Below, piece by piece: positions 12,256 to 25,654 of a DNA stretch of 36,125 bases (positions are counted from its first letter, which is position 1; each line of letters begins with the position of its first letter). The notes beneath the pieces were generated by a model. That model saw only the letters and a program-made list of their open reading frames with translations. It made no database searches and had not been told where the DNA came from. Origin of the DNA: Welwitschia mirabilis (Eukaryota). The position numbers and the translations under genes were made by a program. The stretch lies in the NCBI GenBank assembly GCA_051453625.1, contig JBOZIK010000001.1:31671451-31707575 (forward strand). Reading direction: 5' to 3'.

Positions 12256-14790
12256 TTTGTTATTAAATTCTTGCTTGAACATTGTAGAACCTTATCTGGT
12301 GAGGAACACATTACAACCATCTAATGATATTATTTATTTATTATTAATAAAATAGAATAAATCTAAATTTTATTAATTTATTTCATGTTATAATAACTTT
12401 ATCATATGTAGTTGCTAATGCATTGTTATTATCTTTTAGATAGCCTTTGTATAATTACTTACCTTTAGCTACCAAGAAAATTTTATTATCCATTAAAATT
12501 ATATTATTCTTCTAGAATTCTACCAGTAATTATCTTAATATTAATCAAAGTTTTTAGTACCTAATATATTGATATCTTTAGAAAACTTAGATTTTCTTAA
12601 ATTCATCTTTCAAATTCTTTTTATTCATGAGATACTAAAATCTCTTTCCTTTATGGTAGAAAAATTTGTATGAGGTCTTTCTTAGGAATTTGATATCTAG
12701 GAATTTTATTAATTCTTACCATTCCTAGAATTATATACTAGATGTTCAATACTATGCACATCTAAGATCAAAGTGGTCTAATCTAAGGGAATCTAAAATT
12801 GGATATTATATGTGTACAAAAGCTTGTAACTCTAGAACAATAGCTTTAAACATAAAATGCTAAATTTTATACAAATATTATCTTGATATTTGTTCTTTTT
12901 ATTTTCACAACCTCTATAACTAATTGGAAATGCCTTTGCATGGGATTTTAACCTCTATATAAAATTTTAAAACTAATTTATTAGCATTTAAATTAATACT
13001 ATTATATTTAAATCAAATGAAGAAAGTATTAAAACCTAAAATATGCATTTTTTAATTTTGTGATTATATTATTAAATAACTAGATGAATACTAATATTAT
13101 TATTAATTATGTATTCAATCATTGTATTTATAACTTCTTTGAAAGTTAAAAACTTTAATAAAATAAAAGCGATTTTTAGTTATTACTAAAATATATTATG
13201 CTATTTATAATTATTGATAAGGTCTTGTGTTCACCCTCAATAGATATTAAGAAAGAAGTGGATACATATATAATTCATAGATATCATATTTTATTTCATT
13301 AAAAATAAATAATGAGTATTCTTAATGCATATTAAAATTAAATTTGTAAAATTATTATGTAATATAGTTTATCTAGAAAAATAAAATGGTAAGTTTAGAT
13401 TTTTCATCTATTCTCAGTTCATGGATGATATATTCTAATTTTTCAAAGAATTATAAGATTAAATTAAAATTATGAAATAATGAATTATTAATTTCAAATA
13501 ATCCAGTAGGTTAAAAGTGAATTTTATAAAGAGAGAACGTTATGAATTTAGTATGAAAATGTTAACTTGAATAAGTGTGGGAATTAGTTATATTGTGACT
13601 TGGACTAATTTCCTACAAAATACTTGGGAATGGCTATTTCATTTAATAGAATGAGTTAAATTCATTAGGAGGAGATGATTCTTAAAGTTAAATAATACTT
13701 TAATGGATGAAAAGTAAAACTTGTGTCTCAAACTAGGATGTTTTAACTACTTTAAAGTATCATTAGAATCTACTCATGTCTCTTATGTTCTTTTTTGAGG
13801 TGTTATGTATAGTTTTCAAGTACATTAAGAAGGTTAAAAGATAATTCTTTTAAAAGTTATAAGAGTAGTAACCTTACATATTTTATCATGGAATAAATTA
13901 GATAGAGATAAAAGCATTGGAGGTTAGGCTATTAGGAATCTTTTAGCTTTAAATATGAATCTGTTTAACAATTTTTGATTGGGTAACATTATAATACTAG
14001 TAAACCATGGATCAAAATCATGAAAAAAATAATTATATAATGATATAAAGATTATAAACTATTTTAAAAGTTTTCATAAATCCATCATGTCAAGAAATTT
14101 TTAAAAAATTAAGAATTGATATTTGAACATTATGTGGAGAAGACAAAAAAATGTGTGGTAAAAGAATCTTATGTTACTATACATACACTTAAAAAATATT
14201 TTCTAAAAACTTTTTAAGTGGTATTTACTCCCTAAAAATTTCATTTTTATTTGTAAAGTCCTTTTAAATAAGATAACCAAAAAATCCTATTTAAAATAAA
14301 GAGGAATAATGATTCTTAGTTTATGTACCTTTTCTAATAATTATGAAACAATTGGTTATATTTTTCTTGATTACATGTTTTGAAATTCAATAAACATAAT
14401 TTAGAATTTGCCTGAACAGTGAAAAGTAAGAAGTAATGATGAAAAACAGTTCTCTTCATGGAGACTTCTACTCATAATCCTATGATATAATATTTAGAGG
14501 AAATAAAATTAAAGGAGTTTTTAAACAAAAATAAAATTAAAATATCTCATTGGCCTCTCATCCTTTGGGAATGTAAAAATTTAATAAACATTTAGTTAGG
14601 AATTTTGGCCTCCAATATATTTTGGTATTTTCTTTACTAATGCATGAAACTAAATTAAATAATAGTAATAGTGAGAAATTTCATGTTGTAGTACAAATTG
14701 GGATAGAACAAAAGAAATAGTGGGAAATTATAGCTATTCTAATTTCAATCATAAAAATGATAGTATGATTCATTTATCTACCTTTTTCTA
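12256..14790 (+). pseudogene. L1-clade LINE ORF2 remnant, copy 3
   Basis: Collinear with 8780-11340. SQFMDDIF (~13412), FPTKYLGMAI (~13609), G*KVKLVSQTR (~13705). Confidence 0.85.
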
Positions 14791-16849
14791 GGAGTTTTCT
14801 TTTTAGCCTATCAACTTGATGCTTTGATATGTTTAGTTTGTTAGCTTTATAATCCTATTTCTCATTATGAATATGTTGTGGTTTAATGAAAAAGGAGTTT
14901 TCATTTTCTCATCATAACAAAAAGTCTAAATTTCTTCCTAATCCATACTAATTTAAATTTACATTTTGAGTTTGTAACTTGGGATATTACATTATTTTTA
15001 AAGTTCTTTAGGTTTTCATTTTCTTATCAAAATAAGTCTAAATTTCTTCCTACTACATACTACTTTAAATATCCATTTTAAGTTTATGACTTAGGATATT
15101 ATATTATTTTTAATGTTATTTCAATTTTATTATTCACCAAGGATTACTTATTCATTTAATTGTTAATATATTACATGAAATATTTCATATGCAATGAAAT
15201 TAAAATTCTATATATAATTAATAATTAATTATGATCTTTTAAACAGTGATGAATAATAAATATTACTAATTATAATATAAGAAGTTAAAAATAAGCAATA
15301 TATATGGGCATGGGTTCACCATCTTGAGGAAGAGTCATATGTATAATTTTGACGTGTCTAAATTAGTATGAGTTACCCATGGATTTTCATTTAATTAAGA
15401 AGCATAATAATCCTAGTGAATGTTAAAATTTCCCATGAATTAACTTCTACATATATTAAAATAAATAAATAAATTAATAGTTTAAGAAAAGGTGGATGAT
15501 TCCTAATCCTTATTAAAGGTTTTAAAGTTTTATGTTAGGATTTAGAATATTTTGTAAACTTAGTCAACACTAAAAATTGTGTATCAAGCTTATAGTTATC
15601 CATGAATTAAGTTAAAATAAGATATTAGATATAAATAATTTATTATTAAACATAAGTGGTCCATTAAAAGATAATAAAGTTTTTTTTAAGGGTCAAACTA
15701 CTACAGTATNNNNNNNNNNNNNNNNNNNNNNNNNNNNNNNNNNNNNNNNNNNNNNNNNNNNNNNNNNNNNNNNNNNNNNNNNNNNNNNNNNNNNNNNNNN
15801 NNNNNNNNNATAATTTATTATTGAACATAAGTGATCTATTAAAAGGCAATAACCTTTTTTGTAAGAGTCAAACTAGTATATTATTTTCAACAAATAAGTT
15901 TTAAATGATATAATAAACACACATTTAAGCATTGTAATAAATAAATGTCATGCAAAATTTAGAATGTAATATCATTTTGCAATATTAGAAAGCTAATTGT
16001 TCATTAAAATAAACTTTTAAGAAAATGACTATTTAATACATGAATTGAGAGGAAATTATTGTAAGTTAAACAAAATTTTCTAACAATATCTAAGAATATC
16101 AAGTACATTACAAATTACAGGAATACGAAAAGTAAAACCTATAGTTAAACAATACAAAGAGGACAACTTTGTGCTACCTTTCTGATTCTAGACTTTATGT
16201 ATCTGGAGCACTACACCAATTTGAAATTTTAGTAATGCATACTTTATAATAGGAGATGCAGGAGTCTTTCATAGAAATCGACCACTTTTTATAGCCTTTT
16301 TTACACAATGAATTTGGAACTTAACACTTAACAAAACCCTTCAAATCTTTTTTCTTAGGAAGGAAGATGTAGTAGAGGTCTTGAAGAAGACAAAATTCTT
16401 GCAACTTTAATGTGAAAAAAAAGGCATAAAAAAATGGAAACCATAAGATAAAACTCAATTAAAATTACAACGTTTCTTATAATGTAATGTACTAAGATGG
16501 AATCCTCTTGATTAAAGCTAGAATTTGTAAGAGAAAAATGTTTTAGATGTTAGTTGTAGAGGCTCTAAACTAGAACCACCACTACTTGCAATTTTTGTTT
16601 AGATATTCTATTGTTTTTTATATAATGGCTCTAGAATTAGACAATGTTAGGATTTTTCTTCTTAAGAATAAAAATGCATAGAAGTTGAACTAGAAGTTGA
16701 AATTAATGCCTCAATGTTGAATCCCCTATGTATAAGAAAAAAGGAACTCAGGAAGAGAAATGGGATCTAATGGAAAAGGAGAAGTTTTTAATGCAACTTA
16801 ACATTTATTTAAAAGATCCTTAAATAAGGTTGCAACAATAACTAATTTT

Positions 16850-17740
16850 GATATTGATGATCATGATTTGGTTATGAAAAACTACACTTGCTTTGATATA
16901 TTAATATTGGAGCTAACCATTTATTAAATAGAAAAATGCATAATAGATATCATTCTATTATTATCTATATTTCTTTTTCATGTCTTATCCAACTACCAAA
17001 TCTAATGTTGCTATAAGAATTTCTACCTTTTACTCATTGATCTTTACTTGCATTTTGTTCTGATACCAATTGCTTTTTGGTCTAATTTAATATAATTTCT
17101 ATGACATTGTTATGTTTTTTTCTTTTTTGATTAAGTAATTTTCTCTAATGTAGTGTGCAAATAGTTCTTAGTAGTAGCAATGTTATATGAACAACACAGT
17201 CAATGATCATACAAAGGTATAGAAAATATTTTGCTAAAGATATATTCGAAAAGATAAATGTTGTTGGCCTATTTGGATTATTCTAATAGGGAATCTTATT
17301 AAATCTAGTTAGTAATCATATTCTAATGGAGATTCAATGTCTACATACTTTTAGATTCTTACTCTCACTCCTAATGTATGAAAAAATAAAATAAGAAAGG
17401 TAATGAACCTCAAATCTAGTTGCATATAATTATTTTTTCAATTTATAGATGCATTATGAAATAAATTTGCATAAAAATGGGAATTATCTATTCAAAACTA
17501 GAATTTTTTGTTAGTAATTCTACTGATCCAACTTTTATGTTTGAGTATTGATCAAATGATATCTTGAATCACTCTCCTCCACTACACATCGCATTCCAGT
17601 AATATTTGAGGGACTTACTATGATTATGCAATAGCAATGGAAAGATATATTTGAGAGAATATCTCTTCACTTAAGAAAGGAGTATGAAAGCCTGATTTCC
17701 TCCAAATTTTTTATGATCTTAACACTTTAAATAAATGATC
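16850..17740 (+). pseudogene. Possible highly decayed Mutator (MULE) transposase remnant
   Basis: Weak motif-like fragments in the expected order: AFCSDTNCF (C-x4-C DNA-binding region), GDSMSTYF, VMNLKSS (NPGS-like), TDPTFM (DGTHL-like), LTMIMQ*QWKDI (LTIISDRQKG-like). Not conclusive. Confidence 0.25.
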
Positions 17741-17756
17741 AAATAAACATTTACAT

Positions 17757-20322
17757 TGAAATTTAACAATTAAGTTGCAAGATGTGTATTAAGATTTTAT
17801 GTTTTATGCCATAAAGTTAAGATATTAAACTAGGCTTAATATTGTATTATAGGAAAGATAAATTCGTACAAGAAAATATGCTTTTATTATTCACTATCTT
17901 ATAAGCACTAAGCCATACTTTTAAAGATAAACTTTTTAGATTTTATAATATAAGTCTTTAAATAATAGATAATTTAAAGGTAATAGCTATAGTAATTAAA
18001 TTTAACAATTATGCCCTTAATGTCATATCAATATTCTCCTTAAACTCTTCCTTGACATTAAGGATACAAGCATGTAAAATGTACTTGTAATTTGAGATCT
18101 AAAAAGAAATCACATGTCACATAGATGCATAAACCATAGCAAACAAGAATTTAAAATAAATGCTATCACATTTATAGTTGAGGTCATTTCAACCTTTTGT
18201 GTGAGTTTTGACCTTATGTCTCTCCCTTGACCTTAATGTCAAGGGTCATATATCTCTCCCTCAATTCTTGGAATCTTGCCTTATTATAGATTTTATTAAA
18301 AATCTAAAAATTGTANNNNNNNNNNNNNNNNNNNNNNNNNNNNNNNNNNNNNNNNNNNNNNNNNNNNNNNNNNNNNNNNNNNNNNNNNNNNNNNNNNNNN
18401 NNNNNNNNNNNNNNNNNNNNNNNNNNNNNNNNNNNNNNNNNNNNNNNNNNNNNNNNNNNNNNNNNNNNNNCATCAACTAGAATTTTAAAATCTTCAAAGA
18501 GTTTATTAACTAATACTAGTTATTAGATTACTAAATGAATTGCCATATACTCAAGTTTGGTAGTAAAAAAGCAACACAAGATTTTTTTTAATTTTTTCCT
18601 TGCCTAAGAAAAAAGGCTTCCACCAAGAAGCATTTCATATTTTGTTATACTCTTTTGATTATCAAGCTTGCCTACCCAATTTGCATCCACATAATACACA
18701 AGTTGTGTATTATTATTAGCCTTATAAAAAAACCAAAATATAATGTACCTTTAACATTATGTAATATTATCTTTACAAGATCAAGCTGAAACTTTCTTGA
18801 GTAAGTTATAGATCTAAACATCAAGCTAATTCCACATTGAATGTTAGCATGAGTTAGAGCTAAATGCATCAATATTTCTATCATAGATCTATAAATTCAT
18901 TCATCAACCTCATCTCCCTTCATGTCTCTCTTGATTTTGTGATTGGTTGATAAGGGAGTATAAATGGATTTGAATTCCTACATATTAAACATTTTTAACA
19001 TATCAAAATTATATTTACCTTTTCAAGAATATGCCCCTGAGATTTGTTGAATTTGGAGCTTAGCATAGTATGAGAGGTGGTCAAGATCTATCATTGAAAA
19101 TTCTCCTTTCATGTAAACATTAAATTTGTTAATTAAATTCTTGTTTATGCCAGCAGAGATTATATCATCAACATAGATCAATATAAAAATTTAATTACAT
19201 TTGTTTATTTTCTCATATAAAATATTTTAAGAATGATATTTTTTGTATTCATGATTTTATAAATAAGAATTGAGTCTAGAAAACCAAGCCCTTAGGGCTT
19301 GTTTCAAACCATACTTGTGGTTGTAAGATTATACTTCTTCTTTAAGAACCCCATTTAGGAAAGAATATTTAACATCCATCTATCAAATAATCATATGATT
19401 TTTAGAAGCATATGCAAGAAGGACTCTCATGAATTAAAGGTGTGTAATAGAAGTATATGTTTCACCATAATCTATGCCTGCTTCCTACACATAATCAAGA
19501 GCAATAGGACAAGTCTTATACTCATTAATTATATCATCAAAATTATATTTAGTTCTATAAATCCACTTGGTACCAATGATATTTTTATTTTCTACCCTAG
19601 GAATAAGAATCCAGGTCTTTTTCTTTTCAATTTAGGAAATTTCTTCCTCCATTGCTTTCACCCAATTGTAGGTATTTTATTGATTTCTTAAAGCAAACAA
19701 GATCTTCATTTAAATATTTACAAAATAATGCAAAATAATCTTTTAGAATGTCATTGCATAGCTTAGCTTCTATGATTGCAATAAAATTTTGTTGTCTTAT
19801 TGTCCTCATAGGAGCATCACTAGGATCTATGATGTTGGATTGATCATGATAAGAGGTTATCCTCTTATGTTGTGGTTGATTGTCAATATTTTTATCTAGT
19901 AATTCAGATAGATTTCTAGAGTTATTTTCACTTCGATCTTATTCAAGAATGAGCACTTGAGTTACATTAGAATTTATGCCATCAACTATAGTTTGCTTAG
20001 GTTTCCTTTCATCGTCATCATCTTTAGATTCATTGGATTCAACATCACAAGAGTCATAAACATTATCATTAGTTGTAGATAAAGGATTTGATGATTTAAA
20101 ATGCATGAATTTAACATTAATGCATTCTACATTTTTTAAAGATTAGGATCATAACATCTATATTATCTTCTTTAGCTAGAATATCCAAGAAATATGAATG
20201 GCATAGATCTAGATTCTAACTTTTCTTGACCAAGTTTTTTATTTTTAATAAAATAATTAGATTTCAAATTTTTTAAATGTGATAAATTGGGTTTAACACC
20301 ATAACATTGTTCATATGGGATG
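17757..20322 (-). mobile_element. pol: 3' part of a second Ty1/copia element (INT C-terminus, RT, RNase H, PPT, putative 3' LTR); SIRE-like features
   Basis: Minus-strand PYEQCYGVKPNLSHL...KLESRSMPFIFLGYS...YRCYDP (~20320-20145), IIGTKWI and RLVLLLDYV*EAGIDYGET (~19580-19460), LIYVDDII (~19180-19160), RNase H region ~18700-18480, RFQELRER (~18275-18252). Several AAGGGAGAGA/AAGGAGAA purine tracts precede a putative LTR starting ~18033. The far LTR boundary is a guess. Confidence 0.85.
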
Positions 20323-21763
20323 CGTTGTGATGCCAAATTGTGTGTTTTTTATGGGTTATATTGAGTAGTTTCAAAGGACATTTAGACAAGTTTAAGAATA
20401 AATTAACAGTTATTGAGAGTTAAGAAGAGAATCATGAAAATGCACAAATACCTATAATTTTAAAGGAATTTTGGATAAATTATAATACTTCACATTTTGA
20501 GGAAGAATTAATGAGCTCTAAGGTCAATTTAATTTAATAAAGATATTTAAGAATGCTATTGTCCTTGNNNNNNNNNNNNNNNNNNNNNNNNNNNNNNNNN
20601 NNNNNNNNNNNNNNNNNNNNNNNNNNNNNNNNNNNNNNNNNNNNNNNNNNNNNNNNNNNNNNNNNNNAAATACCTATAATTTTGAAGGCATTTTGGATAA
20701 ATTATAATACTTCACATTTTGAGAAATAATTAATGAGCTCTAAGGTCAATTTAATTTAATAAAGATCTTTAAGAATGCTATTGTCCTTGTCATCATCTGG
20801 AGGACATACTAGGACAATACCACTTACATGATGACTAGGATGCTAACTAGACTAATATAAAGGATAAAAATAGAACTCTGTTAATATGGCATCATCCCTA
20901 CCATCGTTTATATGATAATTCAAATGACCATCTAATTTTAGTGAATTTATCAAACTCCACCAAAATTCTGCAATGTGTCATGCACTTTTTTCTATAGTTG
21001 TTATGGTTTTGCTTATGCTTGTTAGTCTTTTTTATTTGTTAGTCTATCTTTGTTAATAAATATTGAATTAACCCTTGACTTAGATCATCTTCATTTACAC
21101 TAGAAATTATCATGACAGAGATTGAAGGGCCAGAGATCCATCCTTATAGTTGTAAGGAAACATCTTCTTTGGTGTTATGTGGAACTTCCTTCATTTAAAT
21201 GCTGCTACTTTGTAATGAGATGTTGGCTTGATTTTTAAGAAAATATTCTTTAGTTTTTATGTGCATCTCCCTTATAGTTTATGTTTCTTCTAATTTTTGT
21301 AACAACTTCTTTATTAATATATATCATGAGTGCAACCTTTATTAAGGTTGAAATCATTAATTTAGAATCTTGCATTGCATTTTATATTTCATTGGATATT
21401 TTCATATTTTTTCCCATGCACTTGGTAACTTATGTTGATTTTGATTAGAAACAGTTTTATTGATTGATCTAGATTATGCAGGGATGATTTTGGTGATAAA
21501 GATTTAATAGTCAGATAGATATTGCATTTAGGATAGTTACATTTGCATTTGCATTACATGTTTATTTTTCTTAGATTGTTGATTTTCACTCTTGAATCTT
21601 TATTTTATGAAAAGTAGTTCTCTATCTTCAAGCATAGTTCCTTCAATGGATTATGACATTCAGATCAACTCCCATCTATATTAGTGTGTTGTGTTTGTAA
21701 AAATATTTGTGATTGATAGGATTCTACTATGGATGTAATGCTGCATAAATATGTAGAACAACA
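20323..21763 (+). mobile_element. 5' LTR of an Athila-like Ty3/gypsy element (~1.2 kb after removing the gap-flanking overlap)
   Basis: Starts cGTTGTGATGCC exactly where the copia integrase is cut, ends ...GAACAACA, is followed by a PBS, and is homologous to solo LTR 3495-5373. Confidence 0.85.
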
Positions 21764-21766
21764 TTT

Positions 21767-21781
21767 TGGCACCATCGTTAA
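21767..21781 (+). promoter_or_regulatory. Primer binding site, tRNA-Asp type (Athila TGGCGCCGTYG, deaminated)
   Basis: TTT-TGGCACCATCGTT immediately after the LTR's terminal CA. Confidence 0.75.
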
Positions 21782-22150
21782 AAAAGGATGCAAGAAGATT
21801 AAGGATTGTCATTATCTAGATAAGTGCTTTGAATATTGATTCAGGTATTTTTTTTGTGGTAGCATTGTATTTTTACTGTAAATACTTTAGTTTTTCTTTT
21901 TGCATTTTTTTCATGTTTTTATTTTTCAATCTACATTTTTTTGAATTCTATCGTCTTGTTGGTCATTCCCGTGAAATTACTAGATGATAGTCTAGGATTA
22001 TGATTTTCTATACTTATAGGTTTATTTTTAGTTTTCCACCATGTAATAAGTTAATTTCATCTCCTCTATCATCTGGATGGGACTAGAAGATGATTGATAT
22101 TGTGTTTTTATTCTAGTTTTCAGTTTTTTCTATTTTCTATTTTCTATTTT

Positions 22151-22556
22151 TATAATGTTTCAAAATCATTAATTAAATAATGATGTATGTTAAACACTAA
22201 TGAAACATGGTTAACAAGAGAAATAAATGGATGTAACTCAAATATGTAAAGATGTGTTTCTTTATTATGTAATATAAGCCTATGGAATTAGGTGAAGGTG
22301 GATAGACTGGGTGGATGTAATCGACAACAAACTTGCCTAATCCTTAAGGATTCCATGAGGGAGACTAAGGTCTTAGTCCATGTCTTTACCTATAACTACT
22401 AGTCCAAGTATTTTTACTAATGATGTAAAATTTAATCTAATGCTATCAATAATAAAATCCTTATTCTCTCTCAATTATTCCTATGAATCCTAGCATAATA
22501 TTTTAAATGTTTCTTTTTATGTAAGTAATCTAAAAATAGTAAAATAAAACATTAAA
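22151..22556 (+). repeat. Chromovirus 5' LTR (406 bp)
   Basis: TATAAT...CATTAAA (degraded TGTAA...TTACA); collinear with 32069-32485. Confidence 0.9.
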
Positions 22557-22558
22557 TT

Positions 22559-22571
22559 TGGTATTAGAGCC
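22559..22571 (+). promoter_or_regulatory. Primer binding site, initiator tRNA-Met
   Basis: TGGTATTAGAGCC (canonical TGGTATCAGAGC), 2 nt after the LTR end. Confidence 0.9.
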
Positions 22572-23289
22572 AACAACAAGTGGTAAACTGCTACTTTAGG
22601 AAAAACAAGAAAGAAACTAGTTTATAAATTAAATATCCCAAGGCCAAATAGTACATCAAAGAACAGAAATATGATGATCAGATGAAATAAGGTGCCAGTG
22701 AAAATAGGGCTCANNNNNNNNNNNNNNNNNNNNNNNNNNNNNNNNNNNNNNNNNNNNNNNNNNNNNNNNNNNNNNNNNNNNNNNNNNNNNNNNNNNNNNN
22801 NNNNNNNNNNNNNNNNNNNNNNNNNNNNNNNNNNNNNNNNNNNNNNNNNNNNNNNNNNNNNNNNNNNNNNNNNNNNNNNNNNNNNNNNNNNNNNNNNNNN
22901 NNNNNNNNNNNNNNNNNNNNNNNNNNNNNNNNNNNNNNNNNNNNNNNNNNNNNNNNNNNNNNNNNNNNNNNNNNNNNNNNNNNNNNNNNNNNNNNNNNNN
23001 NNNNNNNNNNNNNNNNNNNNNNNNNNNNTTATAAATTGAATATCCCAAGGCCAAATAGTACATCAAAGAACAGAAATATGATGATCAGAGGAAATAAGGT
23101 GCCAGTGAAAATAGGGCTCATGAAACCTTGATAAGGGAAAATCAAACATCACTTCTTAGAAGGAAGGAGATCCTCCACGAAGAAGGTAATAGCATTGTAA
23201 CCCTTCTAGCCTAGGATAGGAGGCTTCATGACACCTAGAACTACTTCCATTCTAATAGGTTGTGTAGGAACTGCAACAGTGCTAAATTA

Positions 23290-25654
23290 AATAAAAGAAG
23301 AAGCCACTATAGAGTCTACCCTTGTAATAGAATACAGCTACTTATAGAGATTTATATGAATCTTATTATAAGTCATAAAAGTCCCCAATAGATATTAATT
23401 TGATATCACCCCATCATGTATAATAAATTGATGTCCTCAATAGTAATGGCCAGATGATCCACATAAGTCTAAATCATCCTCTCCTTCTTTTCTAGTCAAG
23501 AAGATAAGGCAGTCTAATTTTATTCTATTACAGTCATACGTGAAGCATTTGACCATGATTTCTTCTCTGACAAATGCATGTTCTCCACCTCATTCTCTAG
23601 CATTTAAAGGAAATCACTTATGAACTCCCACTCTTCAATCTCATGATGGATCATGTAGTAAAATAACTCCATCATATCAATTACATCATAAAAATCTAGG
23701 AGTGGAATAGGCCATTATCATTATGGAGTATAATAGAAACTAAAATGAGTAGAATGGGTGTGTTCGAAGCCTCGTGGTACATCTACTACCTTGGATCAAT
23801 GATGGATGTAGATATCATCTAACTGTAAAGGATGCATGACCTATGCATNNNNNNNNNNNNNNNNNNNNNNNNNNNNNNNNNNNNNNNNNNNNNNNNNNNN
23901 NNNNNNNNNNNNNNNNNNNNNNNNNNNNNNNNNNNNNNNNNNNNNNNNAATGGCTGTGTTCGAAGCCTCGTGGTACATCTACTATCTTGGATCAATGATA
24001 GGTGTAGATGTCATCTAACTATGAAGGATGCATAACCTGTGCATGCAAAAGACTAGAAAGGGACTAGTAATCTAGTGTTTGATCTATCAACTCCTTAACC
24101 TTAAGGTATAAGATCTTCATCGTTGAGAGAGTTGATCAATGTGATAAGATACTTGGCCTTGTTCATTTACAATTGATTATGGAGCTACATGTGGATGGTG
24201 AGAAGGCTATAAAAAAGGGCAAGTAATAGGAGGACTTTGATATGATGGCTAAAAATAGAAGGATGGAATAGGACATATCCTCATAATCCATTAAATTATT
24301 AAAATCATTAAGTACCTTTTCCCCTTGAGATTTGGAAGGGAATAATAAATTCATGAAGGGGCCAGTGGAGGGATTAGAAGAAAAAGTTCCACTTACAATG
24401 ATGCACTCCTCTCTTAGCTGCCAAAGAAAGAGCTTCTTTGGAGGCCATAGGATAAAATCCATGTCCTCCTTGACCAAAGTTTCTACACGAGGAACGTAAA
24501 ATAAAACAAGAAAATGACTATGTCAAGAAGAAGAAGAAGAAGAAGAAGAAGAAGAAGAAGAAGAAAAGAGAAAAGAGATTATAATAGATAATACCCCACA
24601 GGGCCAATGTCACCAAGAAGAGTTAAGGGATGCATTCTCTTCATCTTTTGATTTAAGACATAAGGCAATTCACTAGATCTTTGTTCGATTTTTGGCAGAA
24701 GAATGATGATATCTTGAAGACTCATCTGCAAAAAACCAAATTCCAAAAACCAGATTTATCAAAAATATACTTAACAATAAGATCCTTCAGCAAAATCCAT
24801 ACCTTAGATGGAATAGAAAAAGCACCTTGAGATGTTTCTGTAGGATCATAACTCCCAGAGCCTTTATCCTTCATAGATGAAGAAGAATGAGAATGTGATA
24901 AAAACTGAGTAGGACTTTCATAAGAAAATAAAACATAAGAGGAATCTATAAAAATAGCCTTAAATGGTTGTAGACCCCTTAAACCTATTGAAGCAAAATA
25001 TAAATCTAATAAGATACTACCACAGAAACACTTTTTCCTATCCTCATTCCTCTTCAAGTGGGTCAACTGGGAAAGAGTAGAAGAACAAATAACTAAGGCC
25101 CAATTAAAAGAAACTCCACTAATCAGAAAGAAAAAAAAGTAAATTATGTAGGTAGAAATATCACTTACCTAATCATGAAGGAAGATCCTATCAATAGTAA
25201 GCTCCCCATAAGCTACAGAATATGGAGTGGTAAAATTGACTGTAGAGATCCTATGGCAATATGTATCCACCTCCCACACATATTCAAAATCATCCAAGTA
25301 ATTGGATAAGAAGTAATAAAAGTCCTCATCAGAATGAGAGACTTTAGGAGGCATATGATCATCTTCACTTATCTTAAAGACTACCTAGATGCTCTCCTCT
25401 AAAATTTGAATTAAACCATGATAGAGATGGATAATGGTATTAGTATTTGGATTAAAGGAGGAATATAATAAATCTGGGATGAAAAGAGCAATGGAATGAC
25501 AAAGACAAAAAGATGAAAAACCAAAAAGATCTAAGAGATTATAGGAGAAGATCTAAGAGAACCCTTTCTCTAAAGTGTGTTGTTGTATTTCTAACTCTAT
25601 AGAGTTGACATTGATAGAATGCCAAGAAATTGCAAGGTAAAGTTTGGAAGCCAT
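23290..25654 (-). pseudogene. Antisense accessory gene in the chromovirus 5' region: PMD/Transposase_32-like N-terminus, Ser-rich linker, coiled-coil-like C-terminus; probable intron 24726-24825
   Basis: ATG at 25654 is in frame with track ORFs 25169-25354 and 24722-25066. Removing 24825-24726 (AG|GTGCTT...TTTTTTGCAG|) joins it in frame to ORF 24163-24477 and on to ~23290. Internal stops are consistent with CAA/CAG/CGA deamination. Confidence 0.7.
24525..24563. repeat. (AAG)13 microsatellite, reading as poly-Ser in the antisense gene frame
   Basis: Counted directly. Confidence 0.95.

Noticed and set aside
17057-17072. Met-PBS-like TGGTATCAGAAC on the minus strand after a CA
   Set aside because: No gag or matching LTR could be associated with it. 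It overlaps the putative MULE-like C-x4-C codons and may be a chance match.
19395-19691. 98-aa plus-strand ORF
   Set aside because: Antisense shadow of the minus-strand copia RT.
25067-25168. Apparent intron on the minus strand (AG|GTAAGT...TTCCCAG|)
   Set aside because: It is 102 bp, in frame and stop-free, and encodes the conserved-looking GVSFNWALVIC..LSQL motif. It is more likely coding, though alternative splicing is not excluded.
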